This document shows positions 1 through 13,790 of a DNA stretch of 64,000 nt, one piece after another. The notes beneath the pieces were generated by a model. It had not been told where the DNA came from. It did not search any database and saw nothing but the letters and a program-made list of their open reading frames with translations. Position 1 is the first letter of the stretch. Every line of letters starts with the position of its first letter. Both the position numbers and the translations under genes were made by a program. Source of the DNA: Eledone cirrhosa (taxonomy: Eukaryota); NCBI GenBank assembly GCA_964016885.1, contig OZ024743.1:362700001-362764000 (forward strand). The letters run 5' to 3'.

Positions 1-75
1 CACACCCACCCACCCATATATATATATATGTTTATTTTTAATATTTTATTCTCTATCACTTTTCATTTGTTGCAG

Positions 76-273
76 TTGACATACGGCAACAACATCGCCA
101 GCCAGATTAACTTCTTACATCTCCATAGTAATCGTGCTCGTCAGAACATCACATACAACTGCTTCAATTCAAACAGTTATGGAATTAAACTGTTAGCACA
201 GAATGGTGAAGAAATCTATAGTGCTCATGATTTACGTAAACTTACATACAACGTTAGATTAGATAGTTGTCAA
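76..273 (+). CDS. Fibrillar collagen C-propeptide (COLFI) penultimate coding exon
   Basis: Acceptor ttgcag|, donor |gtaagt, 198 bp phase 0; translates LTYGNNIASQINFLHLHSNRARQNITYNC...YNVRLDSCQ, matching the COLFI motif QLTFLRLLS..A.QNITYHC. Confidence 0.92.
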
Positions 274-1119
274 GTAAGTATATTGTAGCTTCTTTCTTTT
301 TTTCTTCTATTCTTTCATACTTTCTAGTCCGTCTTTCTACTTACCCCCCCCCCTCTCTCTCTTATAAAATAAATTTTACCCGAGTGGCTAAATATTATCA
401 CCTTTTATATCGGGTTAAATAACGTTACCATTCCTATGTCCTTTACAAAGCATTAATTAGATGATGCCTCAAAGTCCTCCTGGACAGAATGGCGAATGTG
501 TTACCATGGATAATAGCGAGGGAGATGTGCTGAAAGAACCACTCTACTCGACATTTTTACTCCCAGGTGGCTGCATCCGTTCCGATTTGCATTCTAAAAA
601 TATGTTTGACAACAATTTCTCCCAGTTCAAATTTGGTGAAATATTCTCTAGTCAACAAATGAGAATAATTTTTTAAAACCGATTCACAGGCCACAGCAAC
701 CTAAAAGGGATTAGGTATATGAGAATGATACTGTCAAAATACTGAGCCAGCTCCGTTATTTTGCCGAAATATCACGTGGTCTTTCTAATATGAATATCTA
801 TTTTGTAAGAAATAGAAACTGCCAGGGTTCTACTTCAGTTTACTCAAACAATCTGAATATAAATTTCTTTCAGCTATAATTTAGTGATAAGCCTTCATAA
901 ATATTACATATTTCAAACCAGTTGAATTTTACTTTTGTTGCATTTTTAACACGGGGAACCCCAATAATTCCTTCAACCTCACTGTATATAGGTACGTTAA
1001 GGTAGGAATATATTCCCAGTGTAAGCAACAACAGCACAGTACGGGAGTTTTATTCTCTTTCATTATATACGTAGCATATTTACTTAAATGAAACATTTCT
1101 TTTTTTCATTTCTTTATAG

Positions 1120-1266
1120 CAAAAGAACAACCAATGGGGAAAGACTGTTTTTGAAGTAGATACCAGACAACCAAAGATGTTACCAGTAAAAGATATAGCT
1201 CTTCAAGATATTGGAGAAGAGAACCAGAAATTCGGTTTTGAAATCGGAGAAGTTTGCTTCAGTTAG
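1120..1266 (+). CDS. Fibrillar collagen COLFI terminal exon
   Basis: Polypyrimidine tract + atag| acceptor; QKNNQWGKTVFEVDTRQPKMLPVKDIALQDIGEENQKFGFEIGEVCFS*, the canonical collagen C-terminus; in frame with the previous exon; absent from the ORF track. Confidence 0.93.
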   Translation, partial: QKNNQWGKTVFEVDTRQPKMLPVKDIALQDIGEENQKFGFEIGEVCFS

Positions 1267-1810
1267 ATGTAACCAATGTCATCTACATTACCATCCGCCA
1301 TCTCCAATTCAGATAATAACAAGCAAACAAGTAAAAATCAAGTGATGGTTGTTAAAAAAAAAGCAAAGAATAAAAAAAACTCTGTGACAGAAAGATGTAG
1401 ACAGTCCAAAGACAAAAACTAAAGAAAGAAAACATATCAGCTATAACAACACACTGATATATACGATTTTATTTTTGTTGCTTTCTAAATCAAATTGCGT
1501 TCTTCTAGACCCACTCTAAGATCTTTTCGGCATCACTGCAGACATTTTGGCTCAGCGTGGATCCAGAACAAATAGGCAATATACAACCATACATGCCAGT
1601 GTACAGATATGAAATATATAGAAATGAATGAAATGTCATTTTTCTGAACGCTAAATATTGATATTTTTAGCTGCAACACTTCTGCAATAAAATTATTTTT
1701 ATTGCTTAAATATTTCAGCCCCATCTGTCTAGACTGTCTGCATCCTGATCGAATTTCAGCTGGAGAGGGAATCAAAGTTTTAAAATAAAATTGTAAAAAA
1801 TATCTCAAAA
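1267..1810 (+). other. Probable collagen 3' UTR with candidate polyadenylation signals
   Basis: AATAAA at 1369, 1686 and 1784 downstream of the stop; true 3' end unknown. Confidence 0.4.
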
Positions 1811-1924
1811 AATGTCTTCCTTGCTTTCATTATTTTTCTCTTTAAGGGTGGTGGTTTGGCAGCATTCTCATGGCGTTGTACGACGTGCTTTGTATTATTT
1901 CTTCTGGTTTTATACGTTCTGTGT

Positions 1925-2060
1925 TAAAATCCCACTGAATTCAACTTTGCCTTTTATCCTTCTAGGGTCGATAAGATCAATTTCCTATTCAGTGGGTGAT
2001 TAGACAGACCTCCCTCATCTCTCCAAATTGCTGATTTTGTGCTTATATTGGAAACCATTG
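1925..2060 (+). mobile_element. Degenerate SINE fragment
   Basis: caactttgccttttatccttctagggtcgataa resembles the SINE core found elsewhere in the window. Confidence 0.5.
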
Positions 2061-2144
2061 TTTCATTTCGTTGCACTCCGAGGAAAATATTACTTGTTTT
2101 TAGGACGACGTAGGCTAGGACCCACCAGATATAAACCATTCAAT

Positions 2145-2755
2145 AAGAGAGTGGGACTCCGCCAAGGGTGCGTGCTGTAACCTCCCCTGTTCATTATTTA
2201 CATGAACATGATTAACATGCGCAGCTGGGTTGGAAGTGGTATCATGACTGGCGAGTGTAAAATCAGTCGGCTGAAATTTGCAGACGATATGGTGTTACTT
2301 AACTCAACAGGAAAGTGATCTCTTACTTGCACTCGATAGGTTTGATGCCGAGCGCTGCATGGCTAAAATGAAATCAGTGCTGCAAAAACTGAGGCACTTG
2401 TCCTCTCAAGGAAGCCTGCACAGTGCACTCTACATGTGAATGGAGTTCCACTGAAGCAGATAGAGAGATTGAAGTATTTCGTAGCCATGTTCTTGAGTGA
2501 TGGAATGCAGGAGGCTGAATTAAGTGTAAGAATTGCAGGAGCTAGTGCTATAATGCACCAGCTTCAGCATTCAGTAATCAGAAGAAGGGATGTAGGCGTA
2601 AAAGCCAAACTCGCTATCATCAATTCGGTATTCCTGCCAACCCTTAACTATGGTCATGAATCTTGGGTAATTACCGAAAGAATATGATCGTGAATAAAAG
2701 CGGCTAAAAGGGGGTTCCTCCGAAGGGTCCTTTGTGTAACTTTACTCGATAGTGT
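2145..2755 (+). pseudogene. RTE-like LINE reverse transcriptase fragment
   Basis: GLRQGCVL..PLFIIYMN, LKFADDMVLL, LKQIERLKYF, LPTLNYGHESW with stops and frameshifts. Confidence 0.8.
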
Positions 2756-2824
2756 ATGAATATTATGTACATCTATATATATATGTGTGTATGTGTGTGT
2801 GTATTATATATATGTGTGTGTGTG

Positions 2825-2855
<31 letters not shown>

Positions 2856-2882
2856 GATATAGATATATATACATACATATAA

Positions 2883-2953
<71 letters not shown>

Positions 2954-2954
2954 C

Positions 2955-3399
2955 ATAGTGAAATAAAATAACAAGGACGATTGCTTACTCCTTCATTACC
3001 TTTATTGGTTGGTGACGCGCATTTCGCCACTGAACAGCTCAAGGTTCGATCTGTATCGATCTGACCCGACTCTCTAACCCGCGGTTCGTCAGACCCCTTG
3101 TAATGGTAATAGAAACATGAATATACATGCCGTATGATAAAGTCTGATGTTCCTATAGTGGTCAGTGAAGTTTGTTTTGATTGGTGGATTAATTCATAGG
3201 GATGTTTTTTGCCTGTAGTGTATATGTGTGTGTGTGTGTGGGGGGGGGGGGGGGGATAAGTTGGTAGTGCCGGTCATAGGTTGTTATTTTATTTCACTAT
3301 AATTCACTCTGTACAGCTCTACACCTCGACACTGACCTGAATCTAAACATCAAGTGCTCACCCGGGTGAACCTACAGTAACTCCAAGTTACACGCCCGG

Positions 3400-3400
<1 letters not shown>
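2955..3400 (-). mobile_element. Short TA-flanked HHR-bearing element (PLE-type, non-coding)
   Basis: Between (TA)n tracts; 20-bp inverted repeat 2955-2974 / 3281-3300; HHR inside. Confidence 0.55.
3011..3096 (-). ncRNA. Hammerhead ribozyme (type I, long loop II)
   Basis: ggt-CTGACGA-accgc...gtggc-GAAA-tgcgcg-TC-acc on the minus strand. Confidence 0.55.
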
Positions 3401-3784
<384 letters not shown>

Positions 3785-4210
3785 TCTATATATATAAAAC
3801 AGAGGTTGTCTGTCTGTCTGTGTAAATCCCTAAAACTCGAGAAGTACCCGACCGATTTTTTTCAAACTTTACACATGCGTTACTTACATTTCTTGAAGGG
3901 CAATGGGCTAAAATTCTAACTTGTTCTGCCCTAGGGTCCGCATTAGGCGAAAAACGCATTTTTTAGGCATTTTTAGGCTTTTTTGAGGCGTAACTTAAAG
4001 ATAATCCAGCCGATTTCCTCGAAATTTGCAGCACACATTAGGTAGTCCCCTCGCATTGCTGTGAACAAGAGAAATTCTGATTCCATTAATGGTTTCTAGG
4101 AAATTTGCGAATTAGCATTGGGCGTTATATGCCATTTTCATTTTCAATATAAACCATACTTAAACATCGTAAGTAGCGTATAATATTTCGTAAAAAAATT
4201 GGTTTATTTA
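3785..4210 (+). mobile_element. Non-autonomous Helitron-like element, 5' part (possible 3' end CTAG at 7137-7140)
   Basis: A|TCtatatatataaaacagaggttgtctgtctgtc... start, homologous to the 5' end of the minus-strand element ending at 61372; hairpin + ctgCTAG|T at 7115-7141. Confidence 0.6.
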
Positions 4211-4989
4211 ACAGAGCACACAACACTTATTTTTAAGCAGGACCATTTTCGGGGGATTGAGGAAATGAGGAGGACCTTAAAATTTTTGTCGGCGTCCTGT
4301 TGACGTTTCGTGCTTTCATCACGCGCAAATCCAGGTCCTGTGTACATTGCCGTGTGATTGACACCGTAAAAATCACGTCTGTGCTACTTCTACTAAGACC
4401 CCTTTTGTTGCACCTACACCGCAGTATGAACGCCCTGTGCAAGTACGCCGAACAGCGGTTGTGTTAATTCCGCGGTGACCCCCTTTGTCGCACCTTTGTT
4501 GCTGTGTAAACTCAGTGCAACTAGAGCCGCCCAGCGTTTGTGCTAATTGCACTATGACCCCTTCTGCAGCAGCTGCGTTCCCACGCTGATTTCATCATCT
4601 CAATATCCCTACTTAAACGTACATCCCTACTTGGTTTTCACACAAATGACTACGTCGCTCCTTCAGACTGACGTGTGTTTCCCATCCATGACGTAATTTG
4701 TGCACAGACTTACGACATACATCGTCACACAACACTTACTTAGTTCTTTCGCATACAGTATTTCCGCAATCAGCCCACTGACACTGCTACTACTGGTATC
4801 CCTCCACTCATTCCACAGAAAGTTGATACGTACACTATACTTTTTTCACCAGTTTTAAGCAATTGCATTGACTACGACGCCTTTTAATGGCCTAGCACTT
4901 CATTTACGCCCACTTTTAGTTTTCGTGGCGTTGTATACGTTGTGGGGCATTAATTCTACCTACTTTGCCAGTTACAGCAGTAGTAAAAG

Positions 4990-5520
4990 TACTAGAATTT
5001 ACGAAGGGGCTATGGCTTCCTGTGGGGAAGGCCCAACATGCTGTGCGGTTGCATGACATGTCTTACTCAAGCATTGTAGGCTTTACTCTGCACAGTTTGC
5101 ATGCAGGTGCAATAGACATAACAGATGATGTCTGTCCGGATGACTGGGTCCGAATCTATAAAACTCGAAAAGTACCTAACCGATGTTTGCGCATCATTAT
5201 CCACGGCATGCCCAAACCTTCGCGTAGAGGGTGCTAGCAGCAGATGGACCGCCTCGCCAACGGAACTTGTCCGCTTCATAAGAAGTTGAAGAGGAGCTGC
5301 AAGCCCACCGACTTTTCCGGGTTAAGTTTTGCTCCCGTCTACTTTTTATATTCCTCCAAAAAGGTGTCGACCACCTCCATTTTCGTGGTGTCCGACACCA
5401 TCACGGTCATCTCATCCTCATAAGTCGACACAACCTTTCCGCGTCTCGGTTCGAGCGGTATGCCCTGCAACAGCTCCAGCTTTGGCAGTAAAGGCTCGAG
5501 ATCCAATACATAACCAATAG
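4990..5520 (-). pseudogene. L1/Tx1-like RT fragment
   Basis: LDLEPLLPKLELLQGIP...STYEDEMTV...GAKLNPEKSVGL and RSICC*HPLREGLGMPW, aligning with the element at 23810-27200. Confidence 0.75.
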
Positions 5521-5673
5521 ATACAAATGCATAACGAAAACCCCAGGACTTACTAATATATAGAGCATACAAAAGATAACACTAGTAGGCACTACTATCA
5601 ATACAATAGAAACAACATCAGCAAAAACTACACTGCTCATACCCAAGGCGCACAGAACAGTGCTCGGTAAAGC

Positions 5674-5857
5674 AATAATTGTTTCTACTTTTGGCACAAG
5701 GCCAGCAATAACCCAGTACATTACTGGTACTTTATCTTATCGACCCCGTAAGGATGAAAGGCAAAGTTAACCTTGGAGGGATTTGAACTCAGTCCGTAAA
5801 GGGACGTAACTCTATGCTAGAAAGCATGGCGTCCGACCCTCTACTGATACTGCCAAT
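5674..5857 (-). mobile_element. tRNA-derived SINE
   Basis: A box TGGCAGTATCAG, B box GAGTTCAAATCC, shared core and ...agtagaaacaatta tail. Confidence 0.85.
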
Positions 5858-6747
5858 TAAAGCAATAATGATGCGCAATAAAATTAATAACTGAAATGAT
5901 GATAATAATAATAAACCAATTTCGTGAAATTGTAACTACGCTGCAACTTATGCAATTTCTAATAACATCATCATCGTTATCTTTGTCGATCGACTGAAGT
6001 AGTAGACGGCCCAAATCCTCCATCACTCATTGCAGCTTTCATAATCAGTTGTAGTACTGTGGTCGGGTAATTAACCCAGGTCATCAATGGGAATTGAATC
6101 CCTATTTAGAAGTTGAACTCATAGCACAGTGCCGAAGTAGCTACCACAAGGCATTTAGCCCGACGCTCTAACAATGCTCTCAATACAAAAGAATGGAAAG
6201 CAAATTTGATCTCAGCGGGATTTGAACTAAGTGCATATAAAACAAATAACGCAAGACATTCTATCGGACGTTCTAACGCCTCTACCATTTCAACAACTCG
6301 AGTAGAAACAACTTTGTCTTAACGTCTATGAAGCTTATAAAATATATTTTAACAGGGTGAAATTCAACCATAGTGGAAACGGTAGAATTAGATCTATTTC
6401 ATTCTGGGTGCATATTGAAGTGTATAGATGATGATACGCAAAGAACATATCTATCTACATACTACTAAAATTCTGTGATTGCTTGCCTGCTTGCTTTTCC
6501 GTAATGTAATACAGTCAAAAAAGCGCATAATGGGAACATACTTTGAAAAGAAGATGACCCTGAAATGGGAATACAAATGGAATAAAACAAGTTCCCGCGA
6601 TATGGGGTTTTTCCGGGTACCTTCATAAACAGAGAGAGAGAGAGAAAGAGAGAGAAGGAGAATGGAAGAGAGAGAGAGCTGGTGGTGTTGTGTGTGAGTG
6701 TGCGTGTATATATATATATGTGTGTGTGTGTCTATGACACCCACATG

Positions 6748-6790
<43 letters not shown>

Positions 6791-6858
6791 GTATACAAAC
6801 ACACACATTTATATATATACATACACACACATATATATATATGGACCTTCCAGTTTCA

Positions 6859-7043
6859 TGGATTGGCAGTATCAGTAGAGGGTCGGACGCCATGCTTTGA
6901 CGCATAGAGTTACGGCCCTTGCCATTCTGAGTTCAAATCCCGCCGAGGTTAACTATGCCTTTCATCCTTACGGGGTCGATAAAAAAAAGTACCAGTAATA
7001 CACTGGGTAATTGCTGGCCTTGTGCCAAAAGTAGAAACAATTA
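6859..7043 (+). mobile_element. tRNA-derived SINE
   Basis: Full-length copy with A and B boxes and tail. Confidence 0.88.
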
Positions 7044-7319
7044 TATACATGTCTGTGTATATTTTAATTATTTTTTGGTAAACATGATTTAAAAAATATA
7101 TTTTGAAGTGTGACCCACCGAATGGTGGTTTTTCTGCTAGTCATATTAAATCATAATCCATTCAATGTAATTAATATAAATTTCTTCATTCGTCACATTT
7201 ATTAATTCCTTTATTGCATGATGGAAGAATTTGATTTCAGGGCTTTGATCTACCCAGTTAGTTATATATATTAGAGATTCTCTCTCTATATATCTATTAT
7301 CTAGCTTTCACTTTTCTTC

Positions 7320-7620
7320 TCTTTACCATGTTCTCTCTTTCACCCCTTCCTTTCTTTACCATGCTCCCTCTCTCTCCGTCTTTCTTTCTTCCTTTTCTCT
7401 CTCCCTTATTACTATCTCCATCCCCATCTCTCCCTCACTTTCTTTCTCCCCTCTCCTTTCTCCTATTTTCTCCCACCTCTTCTTTCTTTTTTTCTCTCAC
7501 TTTTTTTCTTCCTACTTCCTCTCCTCCCTTCTCTCTTTATTTCTTCCTTCCTTTCTTTCTTACTTTCTCCCATGAACCCTTCCCCCTTAATCATATTATC
7601 TCCCTCGCTATTTTTTCTCA

Positions 7621-7660
<40 letters not shown>

Positions 7661-8060
7661 GTTTTCAATACACCATTCCCTTTAACTTTCTTTTTTTTTC
7701 CTTCTTCCATTTCACTTCCACTCTTCTTTCTTTCTTTCTTTCTCCCCACTTACTCCCCTCTCTCTTCCCCTCTCTCTCTCCCTCGTCTCTACTTTTGTTT
7801 TCAATCTTCCCTGCCCCCTCTCTCTCTTCTCTACCTTTGTTTTCAATCTTTCCTCCCTTCTCTTTTCTCCTTTCCTTCTTCCCCTTCACTTCCATTCTCT
7901 CTTTTTTCTTTCTTTCTCTCCACTTTCTCCCCCCCCCCCCTCTCTCTGTATATATATATATATATATCTTTCACTTTTTCTTTTCCCGTTTTTTCTTGCT
8001 CTCTCCCACTCTCCCTCCCTCTTCATTCTCTCTTTATCTATCTCTGTCTCTCGGTGATTT
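7320..8060. repeat. Polypyrimidine (CT-rich) low-complexity tract
   Basis: Almost purely C/T on the + strand. Confidence 0.9.
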
Positions 8061-8394
8061 TTTTTTGGGGGGGGGGGGGGGGTCATGCTATATTGTTTTT
8101 GTTTTTTTTCTTTATTGGTTATATTTTTCCTTGCTTGCTTTCTTGCAACGTAGGTGAGTCGATTTCAATGTTTTATACCGAACATACTACTGCGGCACCA
8201 AAATACCAGAACTGCTAATATCACGGGAAACTTCTGACCAGAGATTACACTACATCAACACAAAAAAGGAAAGGGCCTTTAACTTCTAATGGTGTCATGA
8301 CACACGGTGAGCTTCGGTCACTTTAAATTTGGTTGGATCGGAAAACAAAGCACCTGATCTCTTGAGAGAGAGGTGGAAGCCGAGCGCAGTGCCA

Positions 8395-8535
8395 TACAGG
8401 TACTTTATCGACCTCGAAAGGATGAAAAGCAGCGTTGACCTCGATGGGATTTGAACTCAGAGCACAGTGAGACGGAACAAATATCGAGTCATTTTTAACC
8501 CGACATCTCTAACAACTTTGCCATTTTGCCACCTT
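8395..8535 (-). mobile_element. Degenerate SINE
   Basis: tttatcgacctcgaaaggatgaaa...gggatttgaactcag core. Confidence 0.65.
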
Positions 8536-9401
8536 AAACCTTCATCTCGCAACCGTAAAACTACACAACTAGATTTTTAGTAAGTCGTTTAATAAAGGGC
8601 CATAACTCTGGTGGACAGATGAAAATGATACATTTTCATTTTCCTTCAAATATATTTTTACTGCTATATTTATTGTCATCGCACTCGTTGGAACATCAAC
8701 AGATGTTTTACCTGAATGTTATTTCTAACATTACTTACCAAATTCTAAAATGTGAAAGCAACATTTTCCAACCATTTTACAAATACAAGAAGAGTATCGT
8801 ACCCTACCTTAAGACACGCCATAAATGCGATAAGCCAATGTAGACAGCGTGTACGTGGCCGATTGATCGACCTGCTAGAAATAGCTGCTAAATCTCCCTC
8901 AAATAACACCCCACTATCTCAAAAAGAGTGCATACCCATCAAATAGTGTAATGTTAGATACCTCTTGAAAGAGGAACTGAACGGCAATGACAATAGGAAT
9001 ATTCGATGAATGTTGATTTGGCATTAGACAACAATAACACTGCGAGTGAATGACATTAGCCTGTATATGGTCGGTCCACGTGTTGGAAATAGCAACTAAT
9101 TATAATATAATTTAGTCCGGAATACACACACTCCTGGGGAAAAAAACCACTTTGTTGGTCCCGACTAGAAAACGTAGGTTTGGTTAACCTAGGATCCACC
9201 ATCACAATGTCTTATATTATCTGAGATATTTAGCCACTAGAAAACCTCATTTCAGTCGTTTGACAGACTGAGTCGACCATATCCATCCTAGTACTTAGTT
9301 TTCGATTCTCGTATATATTACTTATTCTCTCTCTCTCTCTCCCTCTCTCCCCACCTCTCTCTCTCTATCTATCTATCTATCTATCTATCTATATATACAT
9401 A

Positions 9402-9432
<31 letters not shown>

Positions 9433-9612
9433 ATGTATGTATATATACACACATACATATATATATATATATGTATATTGTATGTATATATGTGTGTGTA
9501 TGTATGTGCGTATATATATTTACATACATACAGTGGTGGACTGGGTCTAAAAATATTGGTTGCCAGGAGATACCCACATATAGAATGATATCATTTAATT
9601 TTTATAATGAAT

Positions 9613-9800
9613 AAATAACTGTTTCTACTTTAGGCACAAGGCCAGCAATTATCCACTGCATTACTGGTACTTTATTTTATCGACCCTGTAAGGATGAAAG
9701 GCAAAGTCAACCTCGGCGGGATTTCAACTCAGATCGTAAAGGGACGTAACTCTATGCGCCAAAGCATGGCATCCGACACTCTACCGATACTGCCAATCCA
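9613..9800 (-). mobile_element. tRNA-derived SINE
   Basis: Same family as 6859-7043. Confidence 0.85.
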
Positions 9801-10384
9801 ATGAATAAATAACATTTTCAAAAAATACATAAGTGTAAACAAAACAGTGCAATCAAATTTTAGCGGGGGAAAAATGTGTATTTTTTCAACTAATTATTGT
9901 ATAGATATATATATACTGTACATATTACTGGCAGCATACAGTAATACTAAATGTTAATACAGAATGTTATAATTGAATTTTTAAATAATTGTGAATGTAT
10001 AGTATACTGTTATTTAGAGTAGAATATGCAAGTAACTGTTCTTATCTTCTCCAATGAGAAATATAAAATAACTTGCGAAATATAGACATCCAGAGACTTC
10101 AATAATGACCTTTGGTCTTTCACACTCACTCAATATATATATCTGAGAGTGTGTGTATGTGTGTACATGTACATGTGTATATATAGATTTATATATGTGT
10201 GTATACATACATGTATACATACATCAACTTGTACAATCATTATTTGGCGACTCATTCACCCTAGGGACTTTAGACTGAAGAACTGACCACTAATTGATCT
10301 TACATATGTCTTCAACCCGTTGATATCAAAAAATATTTGGCCAACGCTCGTGTGTATGTGTAAGTATATATATATATTATATAC

Positions 10385-10634
10385 CATCTTCTCACCGGTC
10401 TATTTTTCACTCCCACCCTAGTACCTTCAACATGCCCAATCTCAAATCTTTTATCTAAAGACATTTTTTCCAATTCCAACCCACCCGTCCCCCCAATCTA
10501 TCTTATTTCTCATTATTTCTTCTGATGAAGGACTATCGTCCGAAACGTTAAGACCCTCTTCCTGCTATATCAAGCGTTAACCTAATATATCCCTTCCATA
10601 TACTGTACCGATTGTGTTGTTATTTCTGTTTACC

Positions 10635-10640
<6 letters not shown>
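10385..10640 (+). mobile_element. HHR mini-element family A, copy 1
   Basis: Homologous to 18192-18415, 20236-20462 and 45857-46084; ends in (CA)n(TA)n. Confidence 0.75.
10518..10553 (+). ncRNA. Minimal hammerhead ribozyme (family A)
   Basis: tctt-CTGATGA-a-ggac tatc gtcc-GAAA-cg-TT-aaga; palindromic ACGT stem III. Confidence 0.75.
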
Positions 10641-10717
<77 letters not shown>

Positions 10718-10920
10718 GTTAGTCCTTCATCAGTGATCTTCCAACCATCATTGGTATTTCATCGCTTTAAAGACCATATACCTCCGGTTGGTGCGAGCAA
10801 CGGCTAAAACAAGTCATTGGGACACGTAAATAAAAGGGACACGAGAGTGTAAACAAACAAAGATGGTGAAGCAACGAAAGGTGAGGAAGAAGGAGTCAAG
10901 TCCCAAATTTCCATGAATAT

Positions 10921-11150
10921 AAGTTCGGTGAAATCGTGAACGAGAGAGAATAAAGACCATCAAACCTGGTTGGAATGTGAGCAAGGAAGGAATTCCGTAC
11001 AGGTCTAACGGGAGGAAGAAGGGATCTAGTCTGTGAATTCGGTGAACGTAAGTTCTGTGAAATCGTAGACGAGAGAGAGAAAAAAAGCGACCTGCCTGAC
11101 CAAGGGTGCGAAAGAAAAGAATTACGCACAGGTCAAACGGGAAGAAGGAG
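10921..11150 (+). repeat. Diverged ~130-bp tandem duplication
   Basis: aagttc.gtgaaatcgt..acgagagaga...gaatt.cg.acaggtc.aacggga at 10921 and 11050. Confidence 0.6.
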
Positions 11151-11446
11151 GAGGAGAGGTAGTAACAGAGAGTGAGTGAGTGAAGGGTGAGGAAGAGGCT
11201 AACAGAGAGAGTGACTGTTAGAGAGGGTAAAGATACAGAGAAAGAGGAAGCAGTAAGAACGAAATAGACGGGTCACAGCGGGGGATATATATATATGTGT
11301 GTGTGTGTGTGTGTAGAGGTTATATTTAATTTGTTGGGATACAACAAGCTAAAATATTTTTATAACTGATATAGAGCACTCAACAAATTATTGGAGTAAA
11401 TATACAATATATTAACAAATGGAAACTATATTTATAAAACCATATT

Positions 11447-11512
11447 TATTTCATTATACATATTTCAAGGGCTACCAAGATAGATTATGGTGCGCTTTCA
11501 TCAGATAAAATA
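11447..11512 (-). ncRNA. Hammerhead ribozyme (same family as 21948-22012)
   Basis: tattttat-CTGATGA-aagcgcacca...tggtagccctt-GAAA-tatgta-TA-atgaaata. Confidence 0.65.
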
Positions 11513-11590
11513 TAATACAGATTAATTTTATAAATAAATATTGACATACCCTGAAAAAATGCGACCTTACAGGTTGGAGCTTCCTGGATA

Positions 11591-12210
11591 GTGTCTAAAA
11601 TTACGAGGGTAGAGAATACCACATTTGTTTTACATATTTAACCTGAATCATACGTAAGATATAAAAAAAGTTCATAAGATATAAAAAAAATGTTCATATA
11701 CAGACCGTATCAATAACTATTTCATCTCTCGGACAGATTAGTATTTATACTTTGAGCTTGTTAATTGAAGGGTATCAATATGAGTTAGTAACTCTGAATG
11801 TTATTTGTATTTTGGCTCCCTAATTAGGTGAGCTTATAAGTTGAGTGTAATAAGGCTATTATTTCTAGCATATCCACTCACACCACGTATAACGTCCAAC
11901 GCACGAGGTCTGATATTCATTCCTGTGAATTGTAGTTACATGTGTTTTGTTTCATTTGATCCTATCTCTCGCTGAGGAAAGCCTACGGATTATCTGTTAC
12001 AAACACAATTTTCATGGCGAAACAGATTAAATCTCTAATCTGTCCGAGAGATGAAATAGTTATTGATACGGTCTGTATATGAACATTTTTTTATATCTTA
12101 TGAAAATGTTTTTATATCTTACGTATGATTCAGGTTAAATATATAAAACAAATGTGGTATTCTCTACGCTCGTAATTTTAGACACAGAATTCACTATGTT
12201 TATTTCTACA
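11591..12210 (+). mobile_element. HHR mini-element with ~150-bp inverted arms
   Basis: 11591-11741 is the reverse complement of 12034-12186; followed by a short tail and (TA)n. Confidence 0.75.
11964..12052 (+). ncRNA. Hammerhead ribozyme (full type I)
   Basis: atctctcg-CTGAGGA-aa-gcc...ggc-GAAA-cagatta aatctc taatctg-TC-cgagagat; 8-bp stem I, long stem III, GUC cleavage triplet. Confidence 0.85.
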
Positions 12211-12299
12211 TATATATACATATATACATATATATATATATATATTAATCAAAGGAATTCCAACGTTGTCTGATTTACTCGTTTTATTTACAATCCTTT

Positions 12300-13790
12300 A
12301 GGATTGGTGGTGATAGTGCTGCTGGTGGTAGTGGTGGATTTGATGATAGTGTTTGTGTTGTGCATCCTATGTTTGTCATGCGTTTTGTGGTGTTTTCAAT
12401 TTTTGTGGCGGATTATTATAGTTTTTTTTCTTTCTTTTTTTATTAACATTTTGCCACTCCTCCATATTGTTACAATCCATTCCCTGTGTGCTAAGTCGAG
12501 GAGTAGGCATGTCTCCCACCTGCAGTCTTGTTGCGTGTGTTGGTGTCGGTACTGGCGTGGAAGATGGTGGTGGAGATTCTCTTACTGTTGTTGACGTTGG
12601 TGAATTTTTGTTCATATTATGGCCGCTGATTGTTGATTTACTGTCAGTATGTGATTTGGCGTAGGGAGGAAAGGGGCTCTCGTTTGCTTTGTGGTTCGTT
12701 GGGGGTAGAAAGCCTTCAGGCGCTTTTTGCATCGCACGTTTGGGATTTTGGCCTTCTGGCCTCTACAGTCACAGAGAGGTTGGTGTCGTCAACATAGTCT
12801 ATTAAGTTTGGGATGGCTAGTTCTTTCCCTGATCCTGACCAGATTTTTCAGTTTATTTTCTTCATGTCTAGAATGTGTGTGTTATCCTCAACGTCTATGA
12901 GGAGAGCTGTTACTAGCCTGGGAATAGTTATGGTGGATGACACCTGAGTCACTCTTATCTTTACTGATATCTGGCCACAATACATCGGCAGCAGAGTTAG
13001 CTCTTTGTTGTTCAGGGGTGTAAAGGAGTTTCATCTGGTTTACTCTTGAGTTTTGAAAAATAAGTCATCTGTCCCAAGATCACTGCCCCGTGCGATATGA
13101 GTTTCACGTTCCCATACGCAACCCAAAGCCTTTTAGGATCTGGTACTTGGTGACTTCACTCCAAATGTACGGTATGTTAACGTCGTGCGTTTTCCAGCAT
13201 GTTGGGTGGTGATGTGAGACTAACTCTTTGACATCTTTAGCATCTACTTAGCCTCCCTTTTCCATTTTCGATGACAGTTATTGTTTCCGTATTTTTCGAA
13301 ACAGCTGATTTTGAGGGATCGTTCTGTGTTAAGTTGGGAGGGGTCACACTCTTCTTTGTTACTGGGTCGGTATACGTGGTTGAGAGGTCTGCGTTTATTT
13401 TGTTCTTGCTGTTGTTACTCTTACTGTTGTTTTTGTTGTTGCTGCTTCTGTCATTGTTGTCACTGTTGTTGCTGTTCATATTCATATTTGTGTCAGTGCT
13501 TTTTGTTGTGATTGTGGTGGTGGTAGAAGTGGTAGAAGTGGTAATGGTGGTGGTGGTATGAGTGTTGATGCTGTTTTTTATTTATTTTTTTTGTTTTTAT
13601 TTTTGTTTAGATGCTCTGGGTATGATGGAGGTGGTGGCAGTGTTGGATTCGCGTAATGTGGGATATTCATTTTCCTATATTTTTATTGTATGAATTTTGC
13701 CGTCGCTGTAAGCTTTACTGATATTGTTGCTGTTGTTGTGGTAGTTGGTGATGGTAGAGATGGTGGCGTTACTATTGACCTTTAGACAAG
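12300..13790 (-). pseudogene. Possible degraded LINE ORF1 (Asn/Thr/Lys-rich low complexity)
   Basis: Composition and layout resemble the ORF1 region at 26200-27120; no clear motif. Confidence 0.35.

Noticed and set aside
461-676. 71-aa ORF within the collagen intron
   Set aside because: No collagen similarity; flanking exons join in frame without it
6859-6945. tRNA gene
   Set aside because: A and B boxes belong to a multi-copy SINE head; no cloverleaf evident
7328-8218. 296-aa Phe/Leu/Ser/Pro ORF
   Set aside because: Stop-free only because the tract is polypyrimidine
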